DNA of 64,000 nt. It comes from the human T2T-CHM13v2.0 reference genome, Homo sapiens. The first letter of the stretch is position 1. The number at the start of each line of letters is the position of its first letter. The notes beneath the pieces were generated by a model. The model was not told where the DNA came from. It made no database searches and saw only the letters and a list, made by a program, of their open reading frames with translations. Shown here one piece after another: positions 55,412-64,000 of the stretch. The translations under genes were made by a program, and so were the position numbers. The DNA is taken from assembly GCF_009914755.1 (NCBI RefSeq), contig NC_060945.1. One strand, written 5' to 3'.

Positions 55412-56219
55412 TGTCATGTGTGTCTGTATGAAGACAGTCCACCACACAGGCTTTGTGTGAGCAACAGGGCTGTTTATTTCACCTGATGCAGGCGGGCTGA
55501 GTCCATAAAAGGAGTCAGCAAAGGGTGGTGGGATTATCATTAGTTCTTATAGGTTTGGGATAGGCGGTGGAGTTAGGAGCAATTTGTTGTGGGCAGGGGG
55601 TGGATCTCACAAAGTACCTTCTTAAGGGCGGGGAGAATATCACAAAGTACCTTCTTAAGGGCAGGGGAATATCACAAAGTACCTTCTTAAGGGCAGGGGA
55701 ATATCACAAAGTACCTTCTTAAGGGCGGGGGAATATCACAAAGTACCTTCTTAAGGGCGGGGGAATATCACAAAGTACCTTCTTAAGGGCAGGGGAATAT
55801 CACAAAGTACCTTCTTAAGGGCGGGGGAATATCACAAAGTACCTTCTTAAGGGTGGGGAGAATATCACAAAGTACCTTCTTAAGGGCGGGGGAATATCAC
55901 AAAGTACCTTCTTAAGGGTGGGGAGAATATCACAAAGTACCTTCTTAAGGGCGGGGGAATATCACAAAGTACCTTCTTAAGGGCGGGGGAATATCACAAA
56001 GTACCTTCTTAAGGGCGGGGGAATATCAGAAAGTACATTATCACAAGGGCAGGGAGGGTGTATTGTCATAGGTCGATTGATCAGTTAGGGTGGGGCAGGA
56101 ACAGGTCACAATGGTGGAATGTCATCTTTTGTGGATCTTCAGTTGCTTCAGGACATTTGGATGTATACGTGCAGGTCACAGGGGATATGATGGCTTAGCT
56201 TGGGCTCAGAGGCTTGACA
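55412..56219 (-). mobile_element. HERV-H solo LTR (LTR7B / type II) with expanded U3 repeat
   Basis: Minus strand begins TGTCAAGCCTCTGAGCCCAAGCTAAGCCATCATATCCCCTGTGACCTGCACGTATACATCC; perfect 5-bp TSD taaag (55407-11 and 56220-24). Confidence 0.93.
55607..56025. repeat. 32/33-bp minisatellite, 13 near-perfect copies plus 1 degenerate copy
   Basis: Unit tcacaaagtaccttcttaagg-g(c/t)(a/g)ggg(a)gaata starting at 55607, 55640, 55672, 55704, 55736, 55768, 55800, 55832, 55865, 55897, 55930, 55962 and 55994. Confidence 0.97.
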
Positions 56220-56864
56220 TAAAGCATGCTGGGATGTTAGTAGTACTGGGCCTGGAGGGTGAGGGAGGGAGGAACCCATGACCAGCTAGAATGGGGACAG
56301 GAGTTGGATGTATAAGATATATACAAGATCCCTGTTCTCATAAAACTTACATTCTAGCAGGGGAGATGGGCCAAACCAATTTGAACAAATACAGTATTTC
56401 CAAAATGATAAGTTCTTAATTTAGCAGAGGAAACAGAGAATAAGTAAATACCCAAATGAGATGATTCAAACAGTGATAAGAGCTATGAAGAAAATAAGAG
56501 ATAATGTCTCCAAAGGGGTCTACTTATCAAGGGGTGGGGGTGCAAAGGGGTAGGATTAGATGGGGTGAAGGGCTCTCAGAGATGACTTTTGTTGAGAGCA
56601 GACATAAGGAAGGAACTAGCTATGCAAAGAGTTGGCAAGAGACAGTTCTAGGAAGAGGAAACCTCAAATGGCACAACCTTGAGATATGAATGAGCTGGAG
56701 CATTTGGGGAGCAGAAAGAGACATACTGTGGCAAGAGCCCAGTAAGTGAGGAGCCAAGCTGTGGGGAGTGTGGGTGGAGATAGACACAGGGCAGATTATA
56801 TGGGGCCTTGGAATATTCCTTTTATGCCAAGTGCAGTGGACAGACCTTGGAGTGTTTTTATTTT

Positions 56865-57170
<306 letters not shown>

Positions 57171-57311
57171 TGCTATTGGAGTTTTAAGCAGGGAGTGGCA
57201 TAATCAATTCTGAGAAATCTTAAAGAGGTAACATTCTCAGAATTAGGTAATTTCTAAAAATACATCTAAAGGAGAGAGTGGGGTGAAGACGTTCAAAGAT
57301 TCAAAGGTGAG

Positions 57312-58370
<1,059 letters not shown>

Positions 58371-59307
58371 CTGCAGGTGGAAATGTTAAGTGAGAAATTG
58401 GATATATGTGTCTGAAGTTTTGGGGAAACATCTCGTTCAAGGATATAGATTAGAGATTCATCATCCTATAGGTCATTGTTAGAACGACAAGAGTGGCTAA
58501 AATTACACAGAGTGTGAAGCATGAGTGGGTTGAGGATGGGCTCTTGGGAAGACAAATATTTCAAGAGTGGATGAAGATAACAGTACCAACACAGGATATG
58601 TGGAAACAAATCAAAGGAATTGTCTGTGGACAAAAAAATGCAAAGGGCTTTCTCTACTCTCTCATTCAGCAATGATCAACACAGAAAACCACATTCGGTG
58701 ACCAATTGTGGGTGCGCTTTTCCCCACACAAGTGAGCAATCAAGTTCTCCAGTGGACCGCAGCTGGATGGCTCCAATCCAGTTCAATTCTGACACTGTGT
58801 ACCTGAGATAGTGTCAGATCCCACAGGTTGAGGGCTTGGTCCCACAAGACTGGCCCCACTTCCAATGTCAATCCCAAGCCCCTGGTTGTTCTGCCAGGGC
58901 TTCTGACTGCCTGTAAACCAGGGTTTCCACAATATTGTGTCAGGTTCGAATCAGCCTAGTTGTGCTAACTCTGACTTAGGAGCTGGGAGGTATCAGGATG
59001 ACTCAGTGGCCAATTAAATGCTTTTGAATTCACGGTTTATTGTGAGGCTTTCACACATCAACAATCATGCAAATATATTCAACACACACACAAGCAGCAA
59101 TAAGAGAGAGAGGGGACCAGCATGCTGAGGGATGAACAGGACAGGTCTGGATTTCCCTGGAAACGCCAACCAGCAGAGTGGGTGGGAGGCTGCTGCTTTT
59201 CTCCCCACAGCTTCTGGTGGCCACTGCCAATGGAGAAGAGGCCACAGAATTCTGAGGCAGAGCTTCTTCAGGCATCTTGGACATGGTCAGTTTCTTTGCT
59301 GTTTTGA

Positions 59308-59656
<349 letters not shown>

Positions 59657-59877
59657 CTGGCTTCACTTTCTTGTTGGGTCTGGGGGGTGCCTGGCCAAGC
59701 AAGTGTTATCTTATCACCTCAGTTCACCATACATATGCTTATCACTTTGAGGGGTCAGCAATTTCCGATTTCACTCTGGGCTCTCACTTGTCACAAGTGA
59801 GTCCATTTTGAGACATGTTAAATCACATTATACTAATGTGTATAGTATAATTAGTATAATGTGATTTAACTATAATG

Positions 59878-60673
59878 TGTCAATGAAGAGTCTAACTGTA
59901 AAATAGTTGAAGAGATTTATTCTGAGCTAAATATGAGCAACCATAGCCCATGACACGGCCTCAGGAGGTCCTGAGAACATGTGCCCAAGGTAGTCAAGGT
60001 GCAGCTTGGTTTTATGCATTTTAGGGAGGCATGAGACATCAATCAAATACATTTAGGAAATACATTGGTTTGGTCTATTGGTTTGGTCTAGAAAGGCAAG
60101 ACAACTCAAAGTGGGAACTTCCAGGCTATAGGTAAATGTAAACATTTTCTGCTTGGCAATTTGTTCAGTTTGTCTAAAGACCTTAGATCTATAGAAAGGA
60201 AATGCTCAGGTTAAGATAAAAGATTGCAAGACCAAGGTTCTTTTGAAGTCTTATTATCATGGCTGCCCTTAGAGACAGTAGATGACAAATGTTTCCTATT
60301 CAGATCTTTAAAAGGTACTAGACTTTTAGTTAATCTCTTTAGGATTGGGAGGGCCTGGAAGAAAAAGACCTAGCTATGTTAATAGAGATTCTATGTTAAT
60401 AGAGATTCTTTACAGATGCAAATATTCCCCTACAAAGGACAGCTTTGTAGGGCCATTTCAAGATATGGCAAAGAAACATGTTTTGGGGTAAAATATTTTT
60501 ATTTTCTTTCTTGTTTCATAATGTTATGCCAGAGTCAGGTTGGAAAGTAAGTCACAATATATAGGGTTAAATAAAACCCAAGTGATGAGAATTTATGGTT
60601 TGTATGGCATGACTTCCCAGACTCCTTAGATAGGAATTTGGGCAAGATAAAAAAAATCAGAACTTAGTCCTTA
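59878..60673 (-). mobile_element. MER4D/E-like ERV1 solo LTR
   Basis: tgtcaatgaagag…gatttattctgagc…aaaaatcagaacttagtcctta; TSD aatg (59874-77 and 60674-77). Confidence 0.85.
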
Positions 60674-60797
60674 AATGTTCTATCACCTAACTTCCCCTTG
60701 GGTTTGATTTATTCACGAACTCAGGGAAACAGTTTACTGGTTCATTATAGAGGACATTACAGAATTTCAAGTCTTATTACTTAAGAAATACATTCAT

Positions 60798-61098
60798 GAC
60801 CGGTGCGGTGGCTCACGCTTGTAATCCTAGCACTTTGGGGCGCTGAGGCGGGTGGATCACCTGAAGTCAGGAGTTCAAGACCAGCCTGGCCAATGTGGTG
60901 AAACCCCGTCTCTACTAAAAATAAAAAAATTAGCCAGTCGTGGTGGCACATACCTGTAGTCCCAGCTACTCAGGAGGCTGAGGTAGGAAGAATTGCTTGA
61001 ACCCAGGAGGTGGAGGTTGTAGTGAGCCGAGATTGCACCACTGCACTCCAGCCTGGGTGACAGAAGAGTGGAACTGTCTCCAAAAAAAATTAATAAAT
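60798..61098 (+). mobile_element. AluSx/Sq in MER21 with an extra 5' segment
   Basis: Full Alu; the TSD also brackets 60762-60797. Confidence 0.9.
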
Positions 61099-62088
61099 AA
61101 AGGATACTACAAAGGATACAGATGAAAAAATGCATAGAAAAACGTGCGGGGGAAGGTATGCGGAGCTTCCATCTCCTTCCCAGGCAGTCACCCTCCAGGA
61201 ACCCCCAAGTGTTCAGTTACCTAGAGGCTTTCCAAACCTGGTCCTTTTGAGTTTTTATGGAAGCTTCATTACATGGACATGATTGATTAAATAATTGGCC
61301 ATTAGTGATTAACTCAACTTTTAGCCACTCTCCCTCCCCAGAGGTCAGGAGGTAGAGTGAAAAATCCCAACCCTCTAATCATGCCTTGGTCATTCTGTGA
61401 CCAGCTCCCATCCTGAAGCTACATAGGGGCTGCCAGCCATCAGTCAACATTAGCATACAAGAAGTCATCACTTTGGAGAGTCTAAGGATTTTAAGAATTG
61501 TATGCCGGGAAATGGGTGGAAGATCATATATATATTTCACAGTATCACAAATTGTTTTTATAATAAAGACTTAAATATGTCCACTAGATTTCATAGTGTG
61601 GAGGCATTGGTGACCTTGGGGAGACAAACTGATTCAGAAAGTGAATGTTGACTGCTTTCTGAGAAGGTTGGCAGAGAATGAAAGGAGACAAATTACAGTG
61701 AATAGTAAAAGGTCAATGGGTTTTTTTTTAGGGTGGGAGAGACTTGGGACTATTTATAGGCTAAAGAGAAAAAAATCAATAGAACAAAAAGATGGAATAT
61801 TCAAGAGAAAAAGTGAAATTTGAAGGAGTGAGAGCTTGGAAGAAAAAATGAAGGGATTTGGAGCAGTTATCTTAAAATAGGAAGGATAGTTTATTCTCTT
61901 AGGATGAAATGAAGCAAGTAAAAGTGTGGATGTCCACATGTTTGAGTGCAAGATGATGAGTTGAAAACTGAGGGAATTTACTGTAGATGGTCCCAACTGT
62001 TTTATTCAATCTAGTTAGATAGTAAAATGTTGCCAGTCTGAGAGCTCATGTGTGTGTGCACACATGTATGTAGATGTATGTATGTATG

Positions 62089-62542
62089 TGATATTGTTTG
62101 GATCTGTGTCCCCACCCATAGCTCACGTTCAATTGTAATCCCCAGTGTTAGAAGTGGGGCCTAGTGGGAGGTGATTGGATCATGATGGTGCTCCTTCATG
62201 AATGGTTTATTGTCATCTTCTGGGTGTCATTCTCATGATAGTGAGTGAGTGAATTATTGTGAGATCAGGTTGTTTAAAAGTGTCCAGCACCTCCCTTGAC
62301 CCTCTTACTACTGCTCCTGCCATGTTAGGTGCCTCGCTCCCCATTTGCCTTCTGCCATGAGTAAAAGCTCCCTGAGGCCTCCCCAGAAGCAGATGCCAGC
62401 ATCATGCTTCCTGTACAGCCTGTGGAACCATGAGCCAATTAAACCTCTTTTCTTTATAAATTGGGCCAATTAAACCTTTTTTCTTTATAAATTACCCAGT
62501 CTTAGGCATTTCTTCATAGCAATGTGAGAACTGGCTAACACA
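62089..62542 (+). mobile_element. MSTA/MSTB MaLR solo LTR
   Basis: tgatattgtttggatctgtgtccccacc…ctggctaacaca; TSD g(t/a)atg; about 30-bp internal duplication of gccaattaaacc…tttataaatt. Confidence 0.9.
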
Positions 62543-62544
62543 GA

Positions 62545-62545
<1 letters not shown>

Positions 62546-62583
<38 letters not shown>
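62546..62583. repeat. (TG)n microsatellite
   Basis: About 19 TG units. Confidence 0.95.
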
Positions 62584-62584
<1 letters not shown>

Positions 62585-62600
62585 TGTGTACTTGCTTTCT

Positions 62601-62891
<291 letters not shown>

Positions 62892-63053
62892 GGTGTGTAC
62901 TTGCTTTCTAAAAAACATTTTACTTTTTTACTGAGGTAAAATTTGTGTAAAAAAAATTATCATTTTTTAAGGGCAGGGGAAGGACCTTAAAAAAATAAAT
63001 AAAATAAATAAAAATTACCATTTTAAAGTGAAGAATTCAGTGGAATTTAGTAC

Positions 63054-63245
63054 TATAAATCAAAAGTAAAATTCTAAGCGCCTCCAACCATCTGAATGGA
63101 CCCTCCTCTAGGCCAAGGACATTCCAAAGTTAAACTGAAAAGCTAGTTCAAGGCATGATGGGAAGGAGGAGTTGGACATGCCTCATTACCATTAACATCA
63201 ACACAGACCTTAAGGCTGATAGACCAGACTTATTTAAAATGTATA
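63054..63245 (+). mobile_element. MER4-type LTR 5' part, interrupted by an L1
   Basis: aaaagtaaaattctaag…caaccatctgaatggacc…ggccaaggacattccaaagttaa. Confidence 0.75.
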
Positions 63246-63249
63246 ATCC

Positions 63250-64000
63250 AGGGATCATGGCAGATGGAAGCCAGGACTAGATTGCAGCACCCACTCAGAC
63301 AGACAGAGCAGCATGTGGAGGCTTGCATCACGAACTTTTGCTCCAGAATGACTGCAGGAATACATTAGGAAAGCCAAGAGAACCAGCAGACCCTCTGAAG
63401 GAAGTGGATTGCTCCTGCAGGACTTAGGAGATACCCCAAATACTATGAGTGCCCAAACTGTGGAAGCGAGAAAGGAAGATCATGCACCCCAGAACACATA
63501 CCCCTGCACAAGAGAACCTGAAGGCTTAGATTATGGGAGAAGATTCTGACCTTACCTGGAGCTGAGTCAATTTAGAGAGCCGAGTGAAATACAGGGGTAG
63601 AGGAAGCAGCAGGAAAAGTCCTGTGGGCTTGTTGGGTTCCCTAGCAAGCCATTTCTGCCCTGCCTCACAGGGGCCCTTGGGAAGAGTGGCCAGAGGCACT
63701 GGGAAAAGGCCACAGGGAGAAGAAAATCTCCAGCTGAAATTTGCTAACAATATGAACTGATTGAGAAGCCCCCTGGCCAGAACTCAGGGGAGGACATGAA
63801 TCCAGTGTGCGGACTCCACAGGCAGGTGAAGAATAAAAGCCCTAATTGCTTTCACAGCTGGAAAGTGGGTAGCCTGGGGCAAGTTCTCAGTCCTGTTCAC
63901 CCACTGCCTGGAAACACACTTGGTGCTGTTACTGGGGGCACGGTGGGAGTGAGACTGGCCCTTTGGGTTGTGTGGGAGCTGGGTGAGGCCTATGACTGCT
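63250..64000 (+). mobile_element. L1PB (L1PBa-type) 5'UTR with intact 5' terminus; runs off right edge
   Basis: gatcatggcagatggaagccaggactagattgcagc…; homologous in inverted orientation to the 5'UTR at about 48300-48985. Confidence 0.88.

Noticed and set aside
55607-56025. CRISPR-like array of about 32-bp repeats
   Set aside because: Units are head-to-tail with no unique spacers, lie inside a HERV-H LTR, and there are no cas genes in this primate DNA.

Overview
Primate, most likely human or great-ape, genomic DNA (AluY and an AluYe5/Ye6-type element are present). It reads as an intergenic or deep non-coding segment. I find no credible host protein-coding gene, tRNA, rRNA or CRISPR array. Every long ORF in the track is Alu-, L1- or LTR-derived or has no recognisable protein motif. 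The window is a transposable-element mosaic: about 29 Alus plus FAM and FLAM monomers, a near-full-length decayed L1PB (42.5-49.0 kb, minus), the 5' end of a second L1PB at the right edge, old L1M/L2/MIR and hAT/mariner MITEs, and about 23 LTR elements (roughly 14.5 kb, my hand count). Many LTRs have readable target-site duplications (TSDs) and several are nested. The most notable items are: a HERV-H LTR7B-type solo LTR whose 32-bp U3 repeat has expanded to 13 copies; an unexplained ungapped 110-bp duplicated non-TE sequence; a 968-bp HERV-K(HML-2) LTR inside an Alu; a MER41B with STAT motifs; an Alu with an apparent 5' transduction; a templated insertion inside L1 ORF2; and a 21-bp perfect inverted repeat at an LTR junction. 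Repeat subfamily names come from recalled consensus sequences, not from a search. I cannot identify the chromosomal locus, and I found no clearly new biological system.
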